Shown here in pieces: positions 37,001 through 47,500 of a stretch of 64,000 nucleotides of DNA. Each line of letters starts with the position of its first letter. Position 1 is the first letter of the stretch. The notes beneath the pieces are model-generated. The model ran no database searches. It saw only the letters and a program-made list of their open reading frames with translations, and was not told where the DNA came from. Position numbers and translations under genes: made by a program. The stretch comes from Octopus sinensis (Eukaryota), in assembly GCF_006345805.1 (NCBI RefSeq), contig NC_042998.1, positions 171,058,001 through 171,122,000 of the forward strand, given 5' to 3'.

Positions 37001-39016
37001 TGAGTGGGTATAGGAATAAATGTAGGGATAAGCAAGTTAGACAGGTCAATATATGAAGTCTCACTATATTAATACAAGAAATGCATACAAAAAAGGTCCG
37101 ACTTACACACAATACAAATGAAATAGAAGATTAACCCTCTTGATACCAACCCGGCTCTGTAGTACAAATGTCTTGTTTTCATAAGTATTGAATTAAAATC
37201 TTTCACCAAACCTTAGTCACAATTTATGTTCCTAACACTAGCTTAATGATAACTAAGTTCTTTTATTAAATTCTTTGTTATATTTAAAATTAATTGAATG
37301 AAACACAGCATCTCAAAATAAATACGGTAACGAAAGGGTTAAAGTAGTTGAAGAAAAGTATTACAAATCCAGTAGCTGTTTCTGGGGGCTCAGCAGTCCA
37401 AAATAATGTTTGTAGATTGATTCCATCATAGGAAGAGATGAGCTTCTGTCTTCAGGGAAGAGATCTTGCATTTGAGATATTAAAGGCAACAAAACCAAAC
37501 TGCATCTCCTTTCTCAAACTGTATCTTTTCCCTTCTTCACATTTCCTCCTCATACACTATGATGATCTCCTACTCCCCAATCCTGTCCTCATTACGCTGC
37601 TCACTGTATCGTCGCTTCCCCACCCTCTATATACCCAGGTCCTCATCAATCACAGCTGTTACACATTCATATCTATGTGTATGCGTAGGCATACGTGTGT
37701 AGAATACATCCCCACTTTTGACACAGTTCGTACTGTTTACTAATAAAATAGTGCCAAAAGTGGGGATGTATTCTACACACGTACACCCATGCATACACAT
37801 AGATATGAATGTGTAACAACAGCATTCTCCACGCCCACTCCCTACTCATGCTTCTTGGCAATACCTGACCACATATATTATGACCTCCATACCTTGTGGG
37901 TATGTCCTGCCACTATTTACCTCTCTCTCCTTACTCTGCCATCCCAGCTATGCTCTGATCCCTGTTCCTTGCAAGTATACTCTGGTACCTTGCTGCCATC
38001 TCTCTCTTGCCCTCTTGCTGTCTCGCATTCTCTCTCTCTTTTCCCCTGCTCTTCCCACTGGCTGGGTAACCATGTATCTCCTCTACAGCAGCACGTTTCT
38101 GCCCTCATTCTTGATCACTCTCCCTCCTTCTCTTGCTCTTCCTACCCTGGTTAGGTAACCATGTATCTCCAGTTTTCTGTCTTATTTCATCATCATCAGC
38201 AGCATCATCGTTTAATGTCCATTTTCCAGGCTGGCATGGGTTGAACAGTTTGACAAACCAGAGGACTGCACCAAGCTCCATTGTCTCTTTTGGCATGGTT
38301 TTTACAGCTGGTTACCCTTCCTAATGCCATCAAATTTATGCTGGCATGGACAATGGATGTTAAATGATGATGATTATGTCAGATACAGGACTGGTTATTT
38401 TGAAAAAAATTATTCTAAAAGTTTTCGGTGTACTAAGAAGTTCTCATTTTATCAGCCAAGAAAGGCGAAGTTAATTTCCATGGGAATTAAATTCAGGAGG
38501 TATTGTGTTTGCACTCTCCTGATTCTACCAACCACCCAACACCATTGATATCTCCTCCAGTGAACAAACCTCTTTGTGGTCACTTGGCCTGCTAGAAATA
38601 GTAGCCAATATCCCTCTAATCACACATTACTGTCTTAAAGGAAATACATCTTACACAATGTAGTCCTTGATATACAAGATAGGATGCCCATAGCTAGAAC
38701 AATTATCATGTGCTTGATCAGGGCTGACTGGAAGGTGGGGATTAAACAACAAAAGCTGGTTTTTCTGTACAGAGAGAATAAATTAAAGCTAACTTTGTTG
38801 GTTTACATAGGTCAATGCACAACTTACCTTATGTGGTATAATGAAGAATTTGGGTAGTTTGGGAATGGTCATCTCTTCCCGGCGTTTCTTTCGTCCAAAT
38901 GAACAATTGGTAGGAATAGGGTCATCGATGGAATAAAGTGGATCTGCAGGATTGAGTTCATTGACAAAGTTATCAGAATGAAAGTCCGTGTTCCAAACTG
39001 TCCAGTGTGATTCCAT
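30817..39016 (-). CDS. Uncharacterised hydrophilic protein (~189 aa); exons 39016-38828, 33487-33317, 31026-30817
   Basis: Three open phase-0 exons with canonical splice sites: MESHWTVWNTDFHSDNFVNELNPADPLYSIDDPIPTNCSFGRKKRREEMTIPKLPKFFIIPHK / NNSGIGRGLSKSSGTVTKPGQLSFQQSHKVSDEVLCEQQPKCYQPLCSTRSDNLQNL / ARHEKKESIIFDQNSFNNLDITCFKEVEKNDNSKEIDICNDNDFPELITNNGSENSITKRTRKPRCSKK*. Unique (non-repeat) sequence. Additional exons cannot be excluded. Confidence 0.65.
31333..31746. mobile_element. piggyBac-like MITE interrupted by a family-2 SINE
   Basis: MITE halves flank SINE 31412-31628; ttggaacatatat is duplicated on both sides (TSD). Confidence 0.7.
32340..32950 (+). mobile_element. Degraded RTE-type LINE fragment
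   Basis: Homologous to 26600-27200 (EIVNSFCYLGD, VKGRLYVACV). Confidence 0.75.
33317..33487 (-). CDS. Uncharacterised gene, internal exon (171 nt)
   Basis: ttcttgtattccag|AAT AAT TCA...AAT CTT|gtatgt, phase 0-0. Confidence 0.65.
36216..36428. mobile_element. piggyBac-like MITE with TTAA target site
   Basis: ttaa-ccctttt...aaaaggg-ttaa, ~210 bp. Confidence 0.8.
37131..37342. mobile_element. piggyBac-like MITE, inverted relative to the 36216 copy
   Basis: ttaaccctcttgatacc...ggtaacgaaagggttaa. Confidence 0.8.
38828..39016 (-). CDS. Uncharacterised gene, first coding exon (189 nt)
   Basis: Acceptor ttctgcttcggtcag| 8 nt before the ATG; donor CATAAG|gtaagt. Confidence 0.7.
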
Positions 39017-39581
39017 TTAAACTACTGACCGAAGCAGAAAATAAATAATGATGAAACAAAAATTTGTGGAAAAGAACGGTGCAAGATTTAACGAAGCAAT
39101 ATAGCTAATATTTTTTCTGCCAAGGTCAACTTTGCCTTTCATCCTTTCGGGGTTGATAAATTAAGTACCAGTTGCGTACTGGGGTAGATCTAATTGACTG
39201 ACCCCCCCTCCCCCAAAGTTTCAGGCCTTGTGCCTAGAGTAGAAAAGAATATATCTAATATTTGTAAATCTCAAGTTTGCTTGCAAGGCATTCTTTTGTT
39301 TTGACTCATAAAATCACGACACAGTACTCAGTAATTTTCGTGTCAGTTGATGTATCGAAAAGGAAAGAGAAAACTAATGGGTTGTACATACGTGCGTGCT
39401 TGTTCCTCTCTCTGTGTGTGTGTGTGTACTTGTTCTGTTTTTATGCATTTATGTGTTGTGGAATGTAGATATAACAAAATTACTGATTTTACATATACAT
39501 ATAAAGGAGGTAGGAACAAATATGCAAGGCTTTTTTTCAAGTTTAAAATGCAACATTGTTTGCGTCATTTTGTTATATCTA

Positions 39582-39754
39582 GGCATAGGAGTGGCTGTGT
39601 GGTAAGTAGCTTGCTTACCAACCACATGGTCCTGGGTCCAGTCCCACTGTGTGGCACCTTGGGCAAGTGTCTTCTACTATAGCCTTGGGCCGACCAAAGC
39701 CTTGTGAGTGGATTTGGTAGACGGAAACTGAAAGAAGCCCATCGTATATATGTA

Positions 39755-39785
<31 letters not shown>

Positions 39786-40001
39786 GCATGTGTGTGTATA
39801 TGTTTGTGTGTCTGTCTCTCCAACATAGCTTGACAACCAATGCTGGTGTGTTTACGTCCCCGTAACTTAGCGGTTCGGCAAAAGAGACCAATAGAATAAG
39901 TACTAGGCTTACAAAGAATAAGTCCTCGAGTCAATTTGCTTGACTAAAGCAGTGCTCCAGCATGGCCACAGTCAAATGACTGAAACAAGTAAAAGAATAA
40001 A
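39582..40001 (+). mobile_element. Full-length tRNA-derived SINE, family 1 (other copies: ~297-672 +, 4575-4995 -, 35760-36130 +, 40645-41258 +, 45735-46165 -, 55219-55652 +, 61060-61360 -)
   Basis: tRNA-like head (ggctgtgtggtaag...ggttcagtcccac) with A/B-box-like motifs, central (TA/TG)n tract, 3' end gactgaaacaagtaaaaga; many dispersed copies. Confidence 0.85.
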
Positions 40002-40009
40002 GCGTATCT

Positions 40010-40497
40010 GTATTCTATGAGATGACATCTGGTGTACCACAGGGATTTGTTCTTGGCCCCCTTTTATTTGTTGCACATGTTAATGACATAGATGCCAACT
40101 TAAAGAATACCAAAGTGCTGAAATATGCAGATGACATCAAGCTGTACCAGGAAATAAAGAGGACAGATCCTGTACACTATAGATCTTTATTGCAAGCAGA
40201 CCTGGACACAATGCAGCAGTGGATCATGGACTGGCAACTCAAGCTGGCTGTGGACAAATGTACCACCATGCATTTTGGGAGGAAAAACCCAGCGTCTACT
40301 TACTCCCTCCACAACACTAATTTCAAAAAGTCTTCGTGTGAACGTGACCTGGGCATTATTGTGGACAGCAATTTGCGTTGGACAAAACACATTGCTAAAA
40401 TTGCCAAGAAGGCTGAGCGTGTCTTGGCATCACTCACCAAGTCCTTTGTGAGCTGCTCTCCGGCTATCTATCTATGGTGCAGCCTCACCTGGAATTT
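40010..40497 (+). mobile_element. CR1-clade LINE RT-core fragment
   Basis: SGVPQGFVLGPLLF...KYADDIKLY RT motifs; overlaps the 20211 copy in sequence. Confidence 0.9.
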
Positions 40498-40803
40498 TCA
40501 AAAACCGAGTACTGCTTTATGATTTTTCGAGTCAAAACAAAATAATGCCAGATCACACATAAAGTGAGAGTTTATTCAATGCAAAACTTAATATCTAATA
40601 ATTTTTCAAAACTTGCTAAAAAAAACAAACAAACAAAAAAAAACTGGCTTTGTGGTAAGTAGCTTGTTTACGAATCACATGGTTCCGGGATCAGTCCCAC
40701 TCCGTGACACCTTGGGAAAGTGTCTTCTACTATAGCCTCGGGCCGACCAAAGCCTTGTGAGTGGATTTGGTAGACGGAAACTGAAAGAAGCCCGTCGTAT
40801 ATA

Positions 40804-40842
<39 letters not shown>

Positions 40843-40935
40843 TTAGAGACAAAACCACTATTATGCAAATCAAATAAAGAAAGACTTAATCCAATACATA
40901 AAAAATTTTATATAAATTAAATATAATTAAGATAT

Positions 40936-40981
40936 CCACTACGATCGTTTCTTGTCACTTTTATGGACATTCATCAGGTGG
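40936..40981 (-). ncRNA. Type I minimal hammerhead-ribozyme-like motif in a Penelope-type fragment (40838-41013)
   Basis: CCAC-CUGAUGA-A-UGUC-cauaaaagu-GACA-A-GAAAC-GAUC-GUA-GUGG: stems I and II pair, stem III has a palindromic loop, GUA triplet; A.A mismatch at the base of stem II. Confidence 0.6.
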
Positions 40982-41767
40982 TTTCAAGACCTTCTATGCA
41001 ATTTTGAACTATGAAGTGTGTATATATATGTGTATATATATATGTGTGTGTGTGTGTCTGTTTGTCCCCCCCCCCCAACATCGCTTGACAACCGATGCTG
41101 GTGTGTTTACGTCCCCGTAACTTAGCGGTTCGGCAAAAGATACCGATAGAAAAAGTACTAGGCTTACAAAGAATAAGACCTGGGGTCGATTTGCTCGAAT
41201 AAAGGCGGTGCTCCAGCATGGCCGAAGTCATATGACTGAAACATGTAAAAGAGTACAGAGTATATACATTGGCGGGGGAGGTAAAGAATACGTACACCGC
41301 CCGTTTTCAGCATAACAAAATCCTAAACCCTTAACACCGGGTGTACGTATTCTTTACTTTCGCCTTCATCGGCTGCTTCCATATTTATCATAAAACACAA
41401 AGTACTATCATGCTTCCTGAAAAGTATAGATATACCACGGTATGTGTTTCAGCACCTAGAGAGTAGTGGGTGACGCGATGTATTGTTAAGTTTTGGATAG
41501 ACTAGATACAATTTCTCTTCGTGGAAGGCATGAATATAACATTATACTGAATCCCTTCTATCTACTTCACATCCATGCCTGTCTATCTACTTCACAAAAC
41601 AGACTTCAATGGCAAACAAAATTATAGTAACAATATGAGAAAAGAAAGCGATATTAATACGAGGCTTTTTAAAATATATTCAATGAAAGCAGAAGAAAAG
41701 GTATTAATGTATTTAAAATAATGATAATGAACGGTTTCAGTAATTCACAAATTCAATGTCCAATATT

Positions 41768-41966
41768 TACCGTAAATCCTCGAGTATAATCCGCATTTTT
41801 TCCCAAAATTTAACGAGTCTTTATTTGCTGTCCGGTAATGTTTATTCAGACACAAAGTTGGTAAAATAGTTTTTCCCACAAGGTTGAGGTTTTTCAGAGG
41901 TACAGCCCCCTAAAAATCCCCTGCGTATTATACTCAAGGGTGGACTATACTCGAGGATTTACGGTA
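41768..41966. mobile_element. Internally deleted copy of the same Tc2/pogo-like MITE, opposite orientation
   Basis: TIRs taccgtaaatcctcgagtata / tatactcgaggatttacggta; shares sub-terminal sequence with 17359-17884. Confidence 0.8.
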
Positions 41967-42179
41967 ACCATTTCCAGGAATCCAAGATAAAGATGAAAAG
42001 GGAAAGTCCTACCAGTATTTGAAACTAGAACCGAAACTATAGTGAAGCATTTAGGGTGACGACTCTAAAGCCAGTAACATTTAACACAAATATATATGTA
42101 TATATAAAAGTCAATCGTATATTTCAAGAATACCGTATCACAATGTTAGGTTCTTCTATAATTGAATAACAAAAATAAA

Positions 42180-42389
42180 TACCTTTTGCAATCAATGACA
42201 GGATATCATAATAAATATTTTCCTACACCGAGACGGCATGGTTTTGCTCAAACCAACAATTCTAAGTCGTTACATTTAATTGGCTGAGAGTAATTCTTTC
42301 TGACTAATCACATCTCACTTTACACTGCGAGTCGGTAGTATTTTCGGAATACTTTTCACTACGCTAAGCTTCTATTAAAGTTTGGAACC
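42180..42389. promoter_or_regulatory. Probable bidirectional promoter / 5'UTR region shared by COX19 and the minus-strand gene
   Basis: Repeat-free and relatively CpG-retaining. A minus-strand donor (aaaag|gtattt) at ~42182 could end a UTR exon splicing to the acceptor at 39024. ATTGG (reverse CCAAT) at ~42279. Confidence 0.4.
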
Positions 42390-42468
42390 ATGTCAACTCC
42401 TTTGACATATGCAGGAAAATTGAACGTACGTCCTCCGGAGAAAGGCAGCTTCCCTTTAGATCATGAAG
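42390..42468 (+). CDS. COX19: COX19 coding exon 1
   Basis: aaccATG...GAT CAT GAA G|gtagtg; [13 protein letters not shown]. Confidence 0.95.
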
Positions 42469-44457
42469 GTAGTGTATCTCAGGTCGATTAGTTATCTTGA
42501 TTACTTTTTACTTTAGTCAGTAATCCTCACCCGTGTTCTCAATGTAAACATTAACAAGCTCACTAATATTAATAAAAGTTGTCCTTACAATAAATAGGAA
42601 ACAAAATCAAAGGTGAACATTTCATTGCCATGTGGTGAATTTGAGACTAACATTTTTCATGTAGGGCCCTTCTAATCTCTATTTCTCAGGACTCGCCAAC
42701 TTTTTGTGTTTATTTCCTACAAGGGAATTTATTTGACACCTTGTATATAATCAAATTAGTTTATAATTGATTTCATACAAAGCCAGCCTGTCAAGAAAAG
42801 TTCACAAATTACCAGATCATCAACAATGTGGAATTGGTGCTAAGAAATGTCTTTAGATAGCGACACTACTTACCCATCTAAAAATATTTCAGATACGAGC
42901 ACATTAGTAACAAAATGAAAGCCGAATGGCTCACCGAAATATGTTTTACATACCTGTCGTATACATCGGTTTTGCTTTTTCGTTTTAAAGGTAAACGGTT
43001 ATGATAAAAGCAAACCCGATATATTCAATAATATGTTTGTGTTCTTCATTCAGAAAGAATAAAAACTTCATGGGACTTCGTTCATGTGTATCCCCGCCCT
43101 CTCCCCAAGTTTGTATATTAGTAATCTACATGATATAACATATATTCGTAGAAATTTTCATTAAGAAATATCCATTTTTCTGAAAGTTATGATCATCCAA
43201 AGTCGGTGGGGTAGAAATCTGTAGTTATGCCTGTATTTTAAGTGCATGGTGCCCACAAAATTGACCACAATCGCTCCAGAGAAGGATGGATAAGTTTTTT
43301 GTAAAACAGATACACTTCAGATCATTTCCAAGGGCACCGTGAAAAGAAATCTGAAAAATCTCCGTCAAAACGGAGAAATTCCGACTTGTTGGTGCATCCT
43401 AACTCCGAAGTCGGCATGTATATGTATGTATGTATCTATGTGTGTGTCTTGACACCCTGTTACCGCTGTTGCTGTACATTATTTACAATGGAGAGATAGT
43501 TGTCCTTATCGTGTTTGTTGTTATCACAACGTTTCGGCTGATGTACTTTCCAGCCTTCATCATGTTCTGATGGAATTTCGAATCCAATTCTTTATTTGAT
43601 TGATGTTGCGGTGTTTACATCCCCATAACAAAAACAATAGAATAAGTTCTGGACTTCAAAAATAAGTGGTCGTTTCGTTCGGCTAATTTTGAAAAGATGG
43701 TTTTTTGGCATATTCAGAATCTCCGTCATTGAAAATATAGGAATCTGCTGAAAAAATTTCAAAAAAAAAAAAAGGTCGACTTTTTTGTGCTGGTGTACTT
43801 GTAAATATTAACCAAAAAATCTTTTAAAACAGTAATAAACATCAAAACATTGACCAAAGGCAGCAAATAACTAACCTCTATTCCGATAGAATGTGAACAC
43901 CTGGTCTATGACTTAATACCTCTCACACGGCCACCTTGTTACCAGATTGTTAAACTGGGTTGTGCACTGAAGGGTTACAATAAACTTAGTATAGGCCTAT
44001 TCCTATAAGGCATCCGAGAAACAGTTCGCTAATGAAACAATACCTATATATATATGTATATCGTCTTTGGATTTGGTTTGCAAGATTCTTTACGTGAGTT
44101 CATGTGTTGAAGCATATTCTGTTGTCTGGGGAGAGTCATTTTATTTTTGTACCTTATAATTTAACACACTCACCGGTAAAATTTCCACTTATTTATTTTT
44201 ATTTTCCTAAAATTTTCGTTGCGTCATGCAACCTTTTCAATATATATATATATAAATATATCTATCTATCTATCTATTTATATATATACATACATACACA
44301 CACACATATATATACATATATATATATATATATAAACTTTTCTTTAGCCCTTATTTATAAGTTTGTTTATAATTTTAACCGTAAAGGTATTTTAATATGC
44401 TGCCACATTTTTTGATGGAATTTTTTTCTGTAAAAAAACTTCATCCTATATTAGTAG

Positions 44458-44531
<74 letters not shown>

Positions 44532-47500
44532 TGTATGTATGTATGTATGTATGTATGTATGTATGTATGTATGTATGTGTATGTATGTATGTATGTATGT
44601 ATGTATGTATGTTGTATGTATGTATGTATGTATGTATGTATGTATGTATGTTGTATGTATGTATGTATGTATGTATGTATGTATATGTATGTATGTATGT
44701 ATATGTATGTATGTATGTAATGTATGTATGTATGTATGTATGTATGTATGTATGTATGTATGTTGTATGTATGTATGTATGTATGTAGTATGTATGTATG
44801 TAATGTATGTATGTATGTATGTATGTATGTATGTATGGTACGTACGTACGTATTACATGTCAGTGACCTGTCGAATAGGAATAAGGAAAATTAATAGCTA
44901 TGTTTGTCTTCAATCTTGTTATATATAGAGACGTGTGTGTGTGTGCTTAAATGAGTTGGGGTTACACAACATGATGAAATAGAAATAAAGAATTATAAAA
45001 GTTAAATATCAAAATACAAGTAAATGTCCGAAATTTTGCTATGAGAATTGTGACCCAAAAAGGGACATCAGTGAAAATCGACCGAGCAATGGTTAGACTC
45101 TTTTGAGCAGTGTTCCACAATCTCTTTTTGCCCATGGACTGCTTTTCATGCAAGATAATTTTCCTATGGACTAGGAGATCATGTGCATAAGAAAACAAAA
45201 TAAAGTGCATAATATATGATTCAACTATTACATATATAATGCAAAAACAACCTGTAGAATGTGTTAACCAAGAAAATAGAAATTAATTTTAAGATTTCTA
45301 TGCAGCCTCATGGTTGAGGACTCTTGCCCTAAACCAGTATTTCTCAACTAATTTTTACCTGTGGATCCCTTTGATTCCTATGTCACTTGGATGGACTCCC
45401 GTAGCCATTCATCATCATCATCCAGTGTTTTAAATCTGGGTTTTGTCCCTATTAACGGGGGTGGCCAGTTCTACCTGAGGCAGGCAAGTGCAGCCTACCC
45501 CAACCTTTGGTCTGGCTGGTACCCATTCTCCCTTGCTATTATGAGGCGTTTTTGGAGCTGGATTTTCTGCAGGGAGCATGCCCTTGCTTATCCCCAGCCT
45601 CAGTTTCTAGACATGAGTGATCCTGAGACCAAGGCCTCTACCACGATTTTTAAGAAATGTAGTGGAAAACTAGCTCAGGAAGGCAGGGACACTACTCCCT
45701 GAGATTCCTTTTGGAGCCCCACTATCTTCTATCTTTTACTTGTTTCGGTCATTAAACTGAAGCAATGCTGGGGCACTGCCTTGAGGAATTTTAGTTGAAC
45801 ATATTGACCCCAGTATTATTTTTTGTAAAGCCTGGTACTTATTCCATTGGCCTTTCTTTTGCTGAACCGCTAAGTTATAGGGACTTAAACAAACCAATAC
45901 TAGTTGTGAAGCAGTGATTGGTCGAAGACACTCACACACACACACACACACACACACACATGATGGGCTTCTTTCAGTTTCTGTTTCCATCTACCAAATC
46001 CACTTACAAGGCTTTGGTTGACCTGAGACTGTAGTAGAAGACACTTGCCCAAGGTATCACTCTGTAAGATTGAACTTGGATTGAACCATATGAGGTTTGG
46101 AAGCAAAGTGTCACACTGTGAGATTGAACCAGGATTGAACCATATGAGGTTGGGTAGCAAGCTTCTTATTACACAGTCGTGCCTCCACTTAAAAAATTCT
46201 ATCTTTACAATTGGTATTAGGAAGGGCATCCAACTGTAAAAATCCTGCCAAAACAGTCACAGAAGCCTGATGCAGGCAGAAGGCCGGCTCTTGTGGTACT
46301 GTCCCACCCATGCTAGCATGGAACACGCATGTTAAATGATGATGATGATAAGAATTGTATTAAAAAATTGTTAAAATCTCTTGTGTATTGTAGAAGAATA
46401 AGTAATTTATTGCGCATAAATTTTAACAAGATCTTACGTGGACTCCCAAGGGTCATATGGACCCTGGTTGAGAACCACTATCCTAAATGAAAGATGAAGT
46501 CGGATCTTTTCTGTTTGGCTGTACCTGTGGAAATTTCAAAGTTTAGCTAAAATTTTATTGATTTATGGTGAAAACGAATTTCATGTCAATGATTATCATA
46601 CAAAACTACAACAATACACCAAATATGAAATCAATTGGAATAAAAACTGAAGAAATTGAAAAGTGGCAGCCAAACAGAGCATTACTAATAATATATAATA
46701 TAAAGTAATATAATATATAATATAAAGTAAGACTCCCCTGGCACCCACTACACTCGCGGAGTGGTTGGCGTTAGGAAGGGCATCCAGCTGTAGAGACACT
46801 ACCAGATCAGACTGGAGCCTGGTGCAGCCCCTGGCTTCCCAGACCCCGGTTGAACCATCCAACCCGTGCTAGCGCGGAAAACGGACGTTAAACGATGATG
46901 ATGATGATATATATATACACACACACACACACACAGAGGCAATTATACAAATAAACATTAAATATAACAAATTGGGTTTGATATACAAAATATATATGAA
47001 TACATGCAAACAGAAAGAAAGCCAAGAATGAAGAATTTCGGATGACGAATATATATGTATAAATATATAGATGATTATATATTAATATGTATCTGCATAA
47101 TTGCCTACATATCTGCTCACCTGGATTCCTCTTACAGCTACTCTTTAATCTGCATAATTGGTCCCTCGTGAAGTTATTGGAATCTAAGTTCGAGTCATTT
47201 GAGTGCTACTAAGTGTTTTCTATATCAAGAATCAATCGTGCGAAAACAAAGTACACGTGGTCTGAAGACATGACATCCAGTCAAGTCGTGGTTGGAGGTG
47301 ATGAAATCAAAGAGGTGGAAAGTTATGTGTATCTTGGCCAAGTTACAACCATGGGACTGCAGCATAACCAGCCCATTTAAGAGTACCCTTCAATCATTGG
47401 GCAGTAAACTGCACTTGCGAAGACCTGTTGAGTCAAGTGAAGTCATTGTCATGGCCAATGCCAGTACCACCTCATTGGCACTCATGCTGGTGGCATGTAA

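Noticed and set aside
44397-44928. CMYV-repeat ORFs
   Set aside because: (TATG)n microsatellite
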